In this document: positions 1-11,268 of the stretch, one piece after another | Layout: the number at the start of each line of letters is the position of its first letter | How positions within the stretch are numbered: position 1 is the stretch's first letter | Source of the DNA: Podarcis filfolensis | Taxonomy: Eukaryota | Direction: 5' to 3' (one strand) | Assembly: GCA_964270895.1 (NCBI GenBank) | Contig: OZ185437.1 | DNA length: 64,000 bases | Made by a program: the position numbers and the translations under genes | The notes under the pieces: generated by a model | Database searches by the model: none | What the model was told of the DNA's origin: nothing | What the model saw: only the letters and a program-made list of their open reading frames with translations

Positions 1-299
1 CTCTCTCTCTAGCATCAGACAGCAAAAAGAAAAAGAACAAAGGACAATAGTCCCACTTCACGGAACACAGTAACACAAACATCCTGTCTCCATCACTTCC
101 CACTCTGTGGAGTCAAAACATACACCGTCATGTGATAGACAACAATCCCATGACTGGAATCATGGAGCAGGAATTCTAACACTGCCATCTGTCATCCAAC
201 AAGGCAAGAGCCTGGAGAACAAGATGCCACATATATTCTATTAATGCTTTGAAACTTTTCTGAAATTTCTGCTATTGAGGAGACAGGCCATTGCTCATC

Positions 300-393
300 C
301 AGAAGAGCCCTGCTGGATCGGACAAAATCCATCTAGTTCAGAATCATGTTCTCACAGCGGCCAACCAGATGCTTATGGGAAGCCCACAAGCAG
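300..393 (+). mobile_element. CR1-type LINE 3' tail fragment
   Basis: AGAAGAGCCCTGCTGGATC...GGCCAACCAGATGC motif, recurring at 10341, 17635, 49800 and 53130. Confidence 0.6.
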
Positions 394-1985
394 TGTGACA
401 CAGGGGCATAGCGTGGGGAGGGCCAGGTGCCCGCACGCAGGGATCCCTGCCCTGCCTGCTGCTGGGGGTTTCTGAGCCCGGAGTCTGGCCTTGTCTTGCT
501 GCCGCATTCCTGCCCCCCTTGCTGAATGATCGCCCAGCCAGCATTGAGGGGAAACCCTCACCAATGGCTGCATCAGCCAGCCAGACTCCTCACTGTGTGG
601 GTGGGTGGCACAGCATGGCCCTGTGAACCCTCCGTGCTCCACGCCTGCCCAATGGTAGTGGCAAGGGTTGGGCTGGTGTGGTAGGTTTTGTTTACCCTCC
701 ACGCCCAGCCTCTGGTCCCTCCTGGTGCATGTGCATATGCACATGTGTGCACCCCAGGCACCAGCGAAGAACGCAACATCGCTGGTGCAACAGCACTCTC
801 CCCACTTGTGGTTCCTAGCATATTGCCTCCAACAGTATAGGTAGAACGCAGCCATCATGGGTAGCAGCCTCTAAGAAAAGGAAGGGAAATCCTTCCCATC
901 CCCTCACATTCTTTGTAAACTATCCTGTTTGGAAGAGAACGTGATGTACGTAAACCTGAAATAACGTCACACAGAAAAGCGTGTTCCAGAACCCAAGTTC
1001 TCCACTTACCTAACTTGAACACAGACCTTAGTTTCCATAGTGCTAGATGTTCTAGGTCTTCTAAATGGGTTAAACAGCCTTTCTTTTTAGATTTCGGGTT
1101 GTCTCGTTGAGAAGAGATGGAATAAGACACGAAGGTGTGCACTCCAGTTTCTGTATGCAGTCTCTTCGTGCAGGTACGTAGTGTAATCTGTCAGAATTTG
1201 CTACCCTTGCTTCAACAGGCCAAAAAGAAGAAGTGTGGATTAGTAAGATCTGACAAGGTTTAAGGGAAATTGTCAGAATTTGTTACCCCTTCAAGCAGAG
1301 GAAACAAATGAGAAGTAGCAAACTCAGACAGGATTTTCAGACATATGTGCCAAAATTTCCTTTCCCTCATCCAGGGCAGAAGAAGTGGGGAGAGCAGTCA
1401 AAATCTCACAGGTTTCAGAGACAGTTGGGGAAAAAATATATTCAACAAAGTCTGGTGCAGGCAGACCAATAAATTCTATATCTGCTACTCTCTCCTTCAA
1501 GAATTCATCCTTCATACTAGAACCAGGCTATTGATGCCTGAAGCCCTGTCTGGAAGCAATGAACAAATCCTTCCATCTCTTATTCACAGGAGGTGGTAGA
1601 TAAACACACTATCACTGACAATAGGTTTTTCTCACCTGAAATCCCAATTCTCTTGAAATCAGTGACACGGCTCCATTTTGCAGACCATATAGTACACCGC
1701 TTTCCCCTGGTTAGGGAAAGAAGATCTTGACTGACTTAAGCTGCTTGTGCTTTGTTATATGGATGTCTTAGACTTTGAAGCTCTGCCATGGGAGGGGGGC
1801 AGGAGTGAGAATACTTGAGGAATTTGACCATTCTGAACTCTTACACTAAGAGTGCAACCCTATATATTTATGTGCAGAATTGAGCCCAGCAGGGCTCTCC
1901 TTAAGTTATCAATGTCTGCATTGGGATGCAGCTATCCATTGAATTTCACACTTTAGGGGATGAGATAGTTTAAAAAGAAAATAAG

Positions 1986-1990
1986 CTTTC

Positions 1991-2033
<43 letters not shown>
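1986..2033. repeat. (TTTC)n microsatellite
   Basis: Direct reading. Confidence 0.95.
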
Positions 2034-3245
2034 AAAAATCCCTACTCTTTTTCATAATACTTTAATTCCTTCAAGCTCAACATCTGCTTCAGAAGTTAAT
2101 TCAGAAGGCAAAAAAGTTGAATTTTGCCATTACCCAAAACGATCTCAAAGTAGAATTAAAAATAAAACAAAACCTGAATGACTGACTCTCACCTTCCCAC
2201 ATTCTTTCATTTCAGGGGAAAAAGTAGCTCTACATCTTTTTTTAAAAAAAAAAACTTGGACAAATCTGTTGCCTCCACAGGAGGTGAGAACCCATGTGCT
2301 CAAATGTGCATCAGAAAGCACATGTGGGGCTCTGTAGAGTGGTGAAATTACCTAGGGAGTTTCACTTGCCCTGAATGCTTACTGCATAAAGCGTAAATGA
2401 AGGCAAGTGTTTCGAGATGTGATTTTAATGGATTGCCAGCCCAGTGGTGAATGGCCAATGAGATTACAAAACCTAAAGATATGCAAAAAGCGTGTCATTA
2501 ATCTATTTCAACAGCTGGAGAGATTTCCGAAAACTATAATCACTGTTTGCTTTGACTGTCTCGCTTGGATTATAAATACCGAAAAGGCAAATGCTGAAAT
2601 GATGATATGTAAAACCACTGCCTGCTCTAAGATCTTGCCAAGATTTTGAAAGCCTTGCCTAGGTTTTCCTCACAGATAAAGGATGCATTCTGATGTCTTT
2701 TTGAAGGAATCTTCTCCTTTTAAGCATTGGTTGTGCTGTACGAGGGTTCTTTTCGCGTTAGGAAAGAATGTAATCATAGCAGAAGATGAGCCTGAAAGAA
2801 AGAGAAGCTTCATCTTGCTGTCACATCAAAGCTGTTGTATGCTAAAACTGAAGCTGCATGTCTCTGTGGAAGAATTCAGACCCCATTCTACAAGACGCTG
2901 ATGAAACTTTTGTGGCCATTTGTAATGTTCAAAACACTATAAATAATCTATACTGATATATATTTGCCTCTTTTTGTATTTGGGATGTAATGAATTCCAA
3001 CCTCCTTTACACCCTCACTGAAAAAGGCACATCTTGAATAGAACAGTCCCTGGGATGGGACCATTGCGGGGACCATAGCAGAAGAAGATGCTGGCCATGG
3101 TCCGGATATTGACCTCATTCCCTCTTCTACCTCGCCAGCGGCTGCTATCTACAAATTTTAAAGAATTAAGCAATTTTAAAGAATAAAGAAACTATATTGT
3201 AGCATCATGTATTGTTTGACCTTAGAAAAGAGTGAATCCCTAGCC

Positions 3246-3386
3246 CAGTGCTGGGAAACCTGTGGGGACCTTTAGATGTTCTTAGATAACAACTCACCCT
3301 CAGCCCCAGCCATCATAGCCAATGTTCAGGAATGATGGGAGTTGTAGTCCTACAGCTTCTGGAGAGAAGAGTTTCCCCATCCCTGC
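3246..3386. mobile_element. Short non-autonomous DNA transposon (hAT-like MITE, degenerate)
   Basis: GGGAAACCTGTGG...CAACTC...GATGGGAGTTGTAGTCC...TTCCCCATCCCTG quasi-palindrome; related copies at 37092-37212, ~49960-50095 and ~59570-59680. Confidence 0.6.
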
Positions 3387-4100
3387 CATAGACAGTTCTG
3401 TGGCAGGATTATCATACCTGGATCCCGCAGTCAGGACTTGATCCTGCCTGTGAATTGCCTGTTACCATCCCTAATTTAAATTTAGAATATAGAATATAAC
3501 TTGATAAAAATAAAATGGAAATGGAAAAGGCCCTTCTATAAAATGTAATAACAGTGCTGAGCACCTAGTTGATCCTCTTTAGTTTAGTATGCTATTTACT
3601 CATCTCTGACAATGAGGATCATCAAACAGAACTAACCACAATGATCCTACGATAAAATGCAATCATCTCAAGACAGAAAAGAGAGTTCATTGCCAATATT
3701 TGCTTTCTTGATTGTTTTCTAAAGGCAAGGAAATATAATAGCCAGGTGGCTGACAGAGTCTGCATAGAAAGAATCAGTAATAATTTCATAGAAGAAGATT
3801 CAGAAAATTCAGCAATAGTGCAACCAATTCTCTGTGGCAGATTTATGCTAATTGCTGTTCCATCAGTTTTTGCTATTTGTACTTTTTGATTTCGTTTCCC
3901 TTTCCCTTAATAATAGGAAAAGTTTCCTTCTATTTTTCTTTTTGATATACCACTATTTCTCAACTACAGTGGGGAAAAGTTCCTGTTTCTTATTTCCCAG
4001 ATTCCACTAGGAGGCGGAACTTTCTCCAGCATTGACCCCGAAGGAGCAGGAGCTACTGAGGACAGGGGAGAAGGAAGAAGGAAGGAAAGGGTGGAGTTAG

Positions 4101-4265
4101 GAAATAAGACGCTGCCTTATATCAAGTTTGACCATTGGTCCATCTAGCTCAGTATCATTGACAATGAATGGCTCTAGGGTTTAAGAAAAGAGTCCGTCCC
4201 AGCCCTACTTGAATATGCCAGAGATTGGACATGGGAACTTTTGCATGCAAAACACATGCTTGGCT
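4101..4265 (-). mobile_element. tRNA-derived SINE (Squam3-like)
   Basis: Reverse complement of the ...TGAGCTAGATGGACCAATGG...ATAAGGCAGC body; same family as 46398 and 40642. Confidence 0.65.
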
Positions 4266-4492
4266 AGAAAAACAAACAATTTTTTATCCCAGTAGGTTGG
4301 CAACATTCTTCCTGCTGTTACTTCCTGCTTGTGGGGACATGGGAAGATTTAGGAATCTGTATATTAAAAACAAACAAACCACTGTATTAACATTGTTAAC
4401 AATGCCAGCAATAAGAAGTTCTCACAGGCCCATGCAATTTGCTCCCTAGAAGGTCCTCTATGAGGTGCCATCTTGGAGGTGGACCCATTCAG

Positions 4493-4680
4493 AAGGGAAG
4501 TGCTGTGGCTCGCTGGTAGAACATCTGTGATGCCTGATGAAGGCCCCAGTTTCAATATCTGGCAGCTTCAGGTAAAGCTGGGAGTAACTCCTTTCTGAAG
4601 TCCTGGAGAGCCACTGCCACTCAAAACAGGTACTGCTGAGCTAGTTTAATCACTGGTCTAGCTTGGGATAAAGCAGCTCA
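4493..4680 (+). mobile_element. tRNA-derived SINE (Squam3-like)
   Basis: A-box-like TGGCTCGCTGGTAGA head, then CCTGGAGAGCCACTGCCA...CTGAGCTAG. Confidence 0.65.
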
Positions 4681-4769
4681 CTGGAATATCACAGTGTCTC
4701 ATGCCTTAGTTCTATCCCATTTGGAATACTGTAACACACTCTGAATGGAGCTGCCTTTGAATGGGCCTA

Positions 4770-5090
4770 AATAGTTGCAGCCTAAATGTTGACCGGAGCT
4801 GGTTTCAGAGAGCACATGACTCCTTTGTTACAGCTCCATGGGGTACTGCTCTGTTTTCAGGCACAATTCAAAGTGCTGGTTATGACCTATAAAGTCCCAT
4901 ATAGCTTAGGTCCAGGCTATCTGAAGGACTATATTCTCCCATACAAACCTGCCCAGGCTCTGAGTTCTTTCAGCCTCATAAGCACATTAGGTGAGAAATG
5001 GGAGAGGGCCTTCTAGGGGGCTGCTCCCAGGCTGTGGAACTTTCTAGAGAAGCTAGAGTGGCTCCCTCCTTATCCTTCTGCTGGCAGGGG
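4770..5090 (+). mobile_element. L2 LINE 3' fragment, interrupted by an LTR-like element
   Basis: Peptide EHMTPLLQLHGVLLCFQAQFKVLVMTYK matches the L2 ORF2 C-terminus seen intact at 10569-11177. Confidence 0.8.
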
Positions 5091-5093
5091 ATG

Positions 5094-5870
5094 ATTGCGT
5101 GGCAAGTCCCCTCCCCCATGTGAAATGAAGACACTGGACACATCATTTAAGGTTAATGGGCATAAAAAGGCCACAACTTTATTGATTACAGAATTGAAAG
5201 GTATTGGCCTTAGGCATTGGCTCCTATCAACTACCCAGCATGGAGACCGGGAAGGGTTATCCACAAGCCGTGGGAGTCCTGTTGAAGTACGCCAACTAGG
5301 ATCCCACGGGTGTCACCGCTCGGGGGCGTACCGGAGGCCCTTACCTCCCTAGGTTTCGGACAAGGCAACGCCCCCCAGAGTCCTCTACCGGACTACCCTT
5401 TTCATTGGGGGAAGGTGATGGCACTTCCTTCCCCCCATTCATTTGCATAACAATTAACCCCTGCCAATGCCTAACCGCCAATACCGCGGAAGTTGTGACG
5501 TTTGCTATGAGGTAGACCTTCTTTCTGCTGGCAGACACCCCAAAACCAGTGATTTCAGCTCAAACTGAGACCGTGGTCTCGCCAGTGATTTCAGCTCAGG
5601 GGAGGTGAAGCCAAGAACGAGGCAGAAGGTGGGTTCGCAATGGCTCCGAGCAGTAACAAAACCGCTCAGCTGGAAAGGGGAAAGAGGGCGGTCCCCGGGC
5701 GTGCCTGGCCTTAAATAGACTAGGCCCCGCCTCCCCAGCCCGCCGATTGGCAGGCAGGGTCGAAGGCATGCCCGGGGATTCCCTGTTCTCGCGGGGGCAA
5801 AAGGCCAGCCCCCGCGTGTGTGGGAGGGGGTAGCCCGCAACCCCCTCTCCTCCCAAGCTCGGAAAAGGCT
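5094..5870 (-). mobile_element. LTR-like retroelement terminus (ERV-like), copy 1
   Basis: Shares long near-identical blocks with 33410-34175. The minus strand reads PPT-like GGGAGGAGAGGGGG (5841-5854), CCAAT (5746-5750), GC box (5725-5734), TATA-like CTATTTAA (5711-5718) and AATAAA (5178-5183). Confidence 0.7.
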
Positions 5871-8509
5871 CTATTCTATTCTGGTACGCTTTGGGGAACT
5901 GCCTGTTTTTAAGGAAAGGGCTCCTAATACTGTGCTGTACTGTTTTGAGCTGCTGTGAGTCCTAGCTCTGGGAGAAAGGTGGGGTATTAGTTGCTGAAGT
6001 AATCACCACCACCACCACCATCACCCTGCTGTCCCATCTCTCTGTCATTGTTGCCACCACTGCTGCTGCACATGGAATATTTGCACTTGTACAAATGTGT
6101 GTTAATATTTCGCCTCTTCTGTAATGGTGAAATATTTAAAGTGGGGGTGAAGGAAAAGAAAGACAAGGCATTGTTTCCTCAAAATATCCCACATGGGTAG
6201 CACCCTTTTAAGGCACATCCATATAATATAGACTTCTCAGGTGTATGTTAAATGATTCCACATTCAAGATGGCCCTCAATAAATAATTCCTGAAGAGCAG
6301 CTCATACCCTAAGTGGGATGCCACAGTCTGGAGGTGAACTGAAGCTTCTGCCATTTCTGCACCAATGCTAAAACTTCTCTGATCTTACATTCTTGCTTAT
6401 TGTTTTTAATTCTGTAGTCAATTGTTTTTAATGCTCTATTTTGCATTGATTCTCTTTAGTGATGCTAATTCTTTGTTTGTTAATTTTCTTTGGGACCTTT
6501 TTAAGTTGGAAAATGATGAAGACATTCCAAAACTAAATATAGAAATAAGAACGAAACATCTAAAAGCTTCAGTAGGGAAATCTAAATGGCTTGACATCTA
6601 TTTCCATCACAGATTAGAGTTAAGCCATGCACATTTCTATGACAATGGAAGAAGATAAAACATTGAATGAGCTGGATACTGTGATGTCACCTTCCATAAC
6701 GCAATATGTCAGTTCATTCCACATCCAGGGAGCAACTACTTTCTCTTTCCCAATTTTGGTATAATCACATGTACACAGACTGTCACTCAAGTTTTCCCCC
6801 ATTCATATGAACCCGTCCAGGTCCTGAGATTGACCTCAAAGGCCTAACATCAAGAACAAACAGATGGGTACCAGTAACATTGCCTTTTCGGTGGTGGCCT
6901 CACACCTCTGTCAGCAAATACATATGGCTCTTTCTCTAGTTACTACAAATACTTTTAAAACATTCTTGTTTCACCTCACTTTTTACTCAATGTTGTTGAT
7001 TTCAAGCTAGCGTTATAATAGTAGCCGCTGTTCTTTTATTGTCTGTTGCCTTTGGAACATTTTAAACTGTCTTGTACAGTAATTGTTATGCTTGTTTTTG
7101 GAAACTACCTTGCAGAGGCCAGAAAGGTAGAGCATGAATTACTGGATAAATATTAAATGAATAAAGATAATGTTCCGGCAATGCTCAAACTTTCACTGAG
7201 CTTGCAGGCACTGCGTGGTAAAAGCCACGTGGATCATCTGTCTTCAGATCTGTTTTAGCTGAATATAGTATTACTTGACCTTGTTGGAGTCTTTGATTGT
7301 CAAATAGTTAACACTTTGGTATTATTGACTGTGACACATTGAGCAATCTAGTCAGCAGCAGCTACATATTTTCAAGTTGCTTAAACTGCTAACTGCAGAC
7401 TCTCAGAGTGATATGGAACCTCATACTGCTTTCAGTGGCAATTGTGAAAAAGGGAAGGCAGCATATTGCTATGAGACGGTGCAAAGTCTCTTATTGATCC
7501 TGTGAATATCTAATGCAAATATGGCAGAATAAGGCTTTTTAGGGGGACAGGACAGGGAAGCCAATGGTTAACCAGAAGTGGGGCCACAAGTCTGCCCCAC
7601 TGCCATTTGGCTCCTTTGCAGTCTTCTACAATAGCCATTATACCTTGTCCTTATGTAACCCTTATACAACATTATGAAAGGATTGGTGTTTATCTTCCCC
7701 TCCTGTCTCCTTTTCCATTGGCACAGTGTTGATTAGACTGTGAGCCTTTAATTTATCATACAACGTGCATGCATTTGCCTGATAAATAAGTCCCATTGAA
7801 CCCTGTCTGAGTAGGCGTGTGTATGATGACACTGTAAATGTAAAAGCATAAACTGGTGGGATCTATTTCATTAAGATAAAGCTCTGCCAGACTTTAGATT
7901 AGATGCAAGATTGTTATTGAGTCCTGTGTGGGTTCACACACCTGTCTGATCTCTGTAAGTTGCAGGACGAGGACTGGTGGGCCTCTTCGCTGACTTCCTG
8001 TCCCAACACATTCTGTTCCTGGGCCCAGGTCTCTCCACGTAGTTTTGTTACTGATGATACTGGGTCTGCAATAAAATAAATAAAGGATAATACATTAAAC
8101 AGAGGTTGTATTGGTGGGGAGGAGGCAGAGCCACAGAGTTGCCAGCCTGACACCATTGTTGCTGCTGTTTACCTGAATGGGACTGGGGCAGGGCAGTGGC
8201 CATGTTGGGGCTGTGTGGCTGCACCAATAGGAATGCCAGATTGATAGCAGTTCACCCATCAGCACGAATCAGACGCCCCACCCAACCTCATCGCTGCCTG
8301 GCACTAGCCTACTAAACAGCACAAAGATGGTGCCATGAGGGTAGCTCCATGAACCCTCACACCATGTGTGCCACTACAGAATGTAGCCAAGAGAACTCCC
8401 CAAGTTATATGGCACTTTCTCATGCAAATCTTATGATCACATTCAAACATGAAATATTTAAGTGCTAAATTTGCAAAACAACAACAACCCCGAAACCAAT
8501 ATAATACCA

Positions 8510-8976
8510 TTTTCAACTTTGTTGGACTGGTCATGTTGTGCGGATGCCTGATGATTGTCTTCCAAAGCAACTACTCTATTCCGAACTTAGAAATGGAAAG
8601 CATAATGCTGGTGGTCAACAAAAGAGGTTTAAAGACTGTCTCAAGGCAAATCTAAAAAAATGTAGTATAAACACTGACAACTGGGAAACACTGGCCTGCG
8701 AGTGCTCCAGTTGGAGAACAGCCTTTACCAAAGGTGTCATTGTGCTTTGAAGACACTCAAACTCAGGATGCAAGAGAGAAACATGCTAAGAGGAAAGCGC
8801 GCTTAGCAAATCCACACCGTGATCAATTCCTGCCCGGAAACCAATGTCCCCACTGTAGAAGGACGTGCGGATCCAGAACTGGCCTCCACAGTCACTTATG
8901 GACTCATTGTTAAAACCATGTTTATGGAAGACAATCTTACTCAGCTACGAGTGATCACCAAAGAAGAAGAAGAAGA
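8510..8976 (+). mobile_element. RTE-clade LINE 3' end with (GAA)n tail
   Basis: HVVRMPDDCLPKQLLYSEL...GGQQKRFKDCLK peptide and GAAGAAGAA tail; close paralog at 28528-29008. Confidence 0.9.
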
Positions 8977-10340
8977 TTTTTAAATATAAAAATTGGCATT
9001 CCTACAAACGATATGTGACTACAAGTTGAACAAAGAGAATATGCAGTGGCTCTTCCCTCTGAAAAGCTGTGGTTCATTTTTAGTAAGATATTATATGATA
9101 ATAAACTTACATTGTTGGGGGATTATGTTTTAGTGCAGGGAAATTCTTTGGAGATATATGCTATGGGTCCAATTTTATTGAACTATACACTTTCATTCAG
9201 GAGATTATTTTTTTTCTTTAAAGTCTGATTTTAATAAAAATGCATAGCATCTAGAGTGAGCTCTGATATATATATTTAAAGTGCATTTGCACAGTTTACG
9301 CAATTACCTCAAGTGGGAAAAGTAACCCAAGCAATTGCTATGTTATTTAACTTGATTTCTCTTTCTAAAAATTCAGGAAAAAAGCAGCAGCTTGGGTGTT
9401 AGCTGATAATGTTATATTTATCACTCAATATTTTGTTGTAAACAAATAAGGTTAAAAATGTAAATCGCTTCAAAAGTGTGCCTTTTTGAAAATGTGATTA
9501 ACTCAGGAATTTTAATTCAGAAAATATAATTGTTTTTCCTATCTACTCAACTTCATACTAAGATAGCAGAGGGTGTTTCTCCCTCCTTTTGAAGAAGAAG
9601 GGCAATCCCTTATGAAATTTAAGATGAACAAGAACAATAATCTCATTTGAGTTCTTCAGTTATCACAGTTTTACAGCTTAGGAGCTCTATTTGCCTTTTA
9701 CTTGCAGCAAGGAATTTGTTGCCAGATTGAACATTAATGCGTATGTCTGATAGGGCAAATCCCATGCATGTCTTCACAGAAGTTATTCCTACTGAATTCA
9801 ATAGGACTAACTCCCAGGTAAGCTGGTATACTGCTGCTGCTCAACTGAAGCTTTTTATTACTTCTAGCACCATGGAGATTAATTATCCGTTCTTATCAAC
9901 GTTTTGAAATGCTAGTGTGGTGCAATGCTGCTCCTCCAGGGTTTTCAGGGTACAGATTTGTCCTCTCTTCTGTGAAGCCGGAATGAAGATCACATGGATG
10001 AGGCACATGGCTAGTGGGGGAAGGTGATGGCTTCATTTTAAGAGGCAGTGCTGCCCTCCTCTTAGCCGTGAATGTGGCATTCCACCCACCTGCCCTTGTG
10101 GTCCATATGGGCTTCAACTAGTCATTCCTTTTTTATTTTAATTCTTTTCCATTTATTAAATTTGTCAGTCACTTTATCTTGCTCAGGGCAACCCGAAACA
10201 ACTTACAAACAAATAGACAATAAACCCTGCATGGGTACATTAAGACCAAGAGAAAAGAGAAATGCATTAAAAACATCCCCGCTACTGAGCTGAGCTGGAC
10301 TTTTGTTGGAGGTTCCTGGATTAGCCCTGGGTCCTCCTCT

Positions 10341-10452
10341 TAAGAACATAAGAAGAGCCTGCTGAATCAAGCCAATGACCCATTTAGTCCAGCATCCTGT
10401 TCTCCTAGTGGCCAACCAGATACCTGTGGGAAACCTGAAAGCAAGACCTACA
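10341..10452 (+). mobile_element. CR1-type LINE 3' tail fragment
   Basis: TAAGAACATAAGAAGAGCCTGCTG...GTCCAGCATCCTGTTCTC...GGCCAACCAGAT. Confidence 0.65.
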
Positions 10453-10477
10453 GGTCCTGACAAAACAGAAGTACTGT

Positions 10478-11225
10478 TTTGGGGGGAACAGGGGACAGGT
10501 GAGTGTGGAGGACTCCCTGGTCCTGAACAGGGCCCCTGAAGGAGCAGGTGCACAGCCTGTGAGTCATTTTGTACTCACAGCTGTCCATAGTGGCACAGGT
10601 CAATTCTGTGTCCAGGGCAGCTGTCTACCAGCTCCATCTGGTACGCAGGCTGAGACCCTATCTGCCTGCGGACTGTCTCGCCAGAGTGGTGCATGCTCTA
10701 GTTATCTCTCACTTAGATTACTGCAATGCGCTGTCTGTGGGGCTACCTTTGAAGGTGACCCGGAAACTACAACTAATCCAGAATGCAGCAGCTAGACTGG
10801 TGACTGGGAGTGGCCGCCGAGACCACATAACACCGGTCTTGAAAGACCTACACTGGCTCCCACTACGTTCCCAAGCACAATTCAAAGTGTTGGTGATGAC
10901 CTTTAAAGCCCTAAACAGCCTTGGCCCAGTGTACCTGGAAGAGCGTCAACATTCCCATCATTCAGCCTGGACACTGAGGTCCAGCTCCGAGAGCCTTCTG
11001 GCGGTTCCCTCACTGCGAGAAGTGAGGTTACAGGGTACCAGGGTACTGAGGGCCTTCTCAGTAGTGGCGCCTGCCCTGTGGAATGCCCTTCCGTCAAATG
11101 TCAAGGAAACAAACAATTATCTGACTTTTAGAAGACATCTGAAGGCAGCCCTGTTTAGGGAAGTTTTCAATGTTTGATGTTTTATTGTGTTTTTAATATT
11201 CTGTTGTGGGTGGGGTATAAATGAC
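10478..11225 (+). mobile_element. L2 LINE, 5'-truncated; ORF2 C-terminus open over 202 codons (10569-11177)
   Basis: HALVISHLDYCNAL, QLIQNAAARLVTG, HITPVLKDLHWLP, FSVVAPALWNALP and FRRHLKAALF are canonical L2 ORF2 C-terminal motifs; 3' UTR follows. Confidence 0.92.
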
Positions 11226-11226
11226 A

Positions 11227-11268
11227 TCTTCTTCTTCTTTTTCTCCTCCTCCTCCTCCTCCTCCTCCT
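11227..11268. repeat. (TCT)n/(TCC)n microsatellite at the L2 tail
   Basis: Direct reading. Confidence 0.9.

Noticed and set aside
855-1190. Minus-strand ORF with a perfect AG/GTAAGT donor near 1005
   Set aside because: No strong acceptor and no recognisable peptide; the donor alone is insufficient.
1324-1515. Protein-like minus-strand ORF (MKDEFLKERV...FSPTVSETCEILTALPTSSALD)
   Set aside because: FSP...E...IL..LP.SSALD resembles the pre-RT region of L2/CR1 ORF2. There is an in-frame stop just upstream and no good splice sites, so it is more likely an old LINE than a host exon.
4101-4680. Head-to-head SINE pair that could form dsRNA
   Set aside because: The copies are too diverged from each other for a stable duplex, and such pairs are expected at this SINE density.
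6422-6802. Overlapping protein-like ORFs on both strands
   Set aside because: KWLDIYFHHRLE..H resembles the LINE RT motif KYLGV.LD..L.W..H; treated as an ancient LINE relic.
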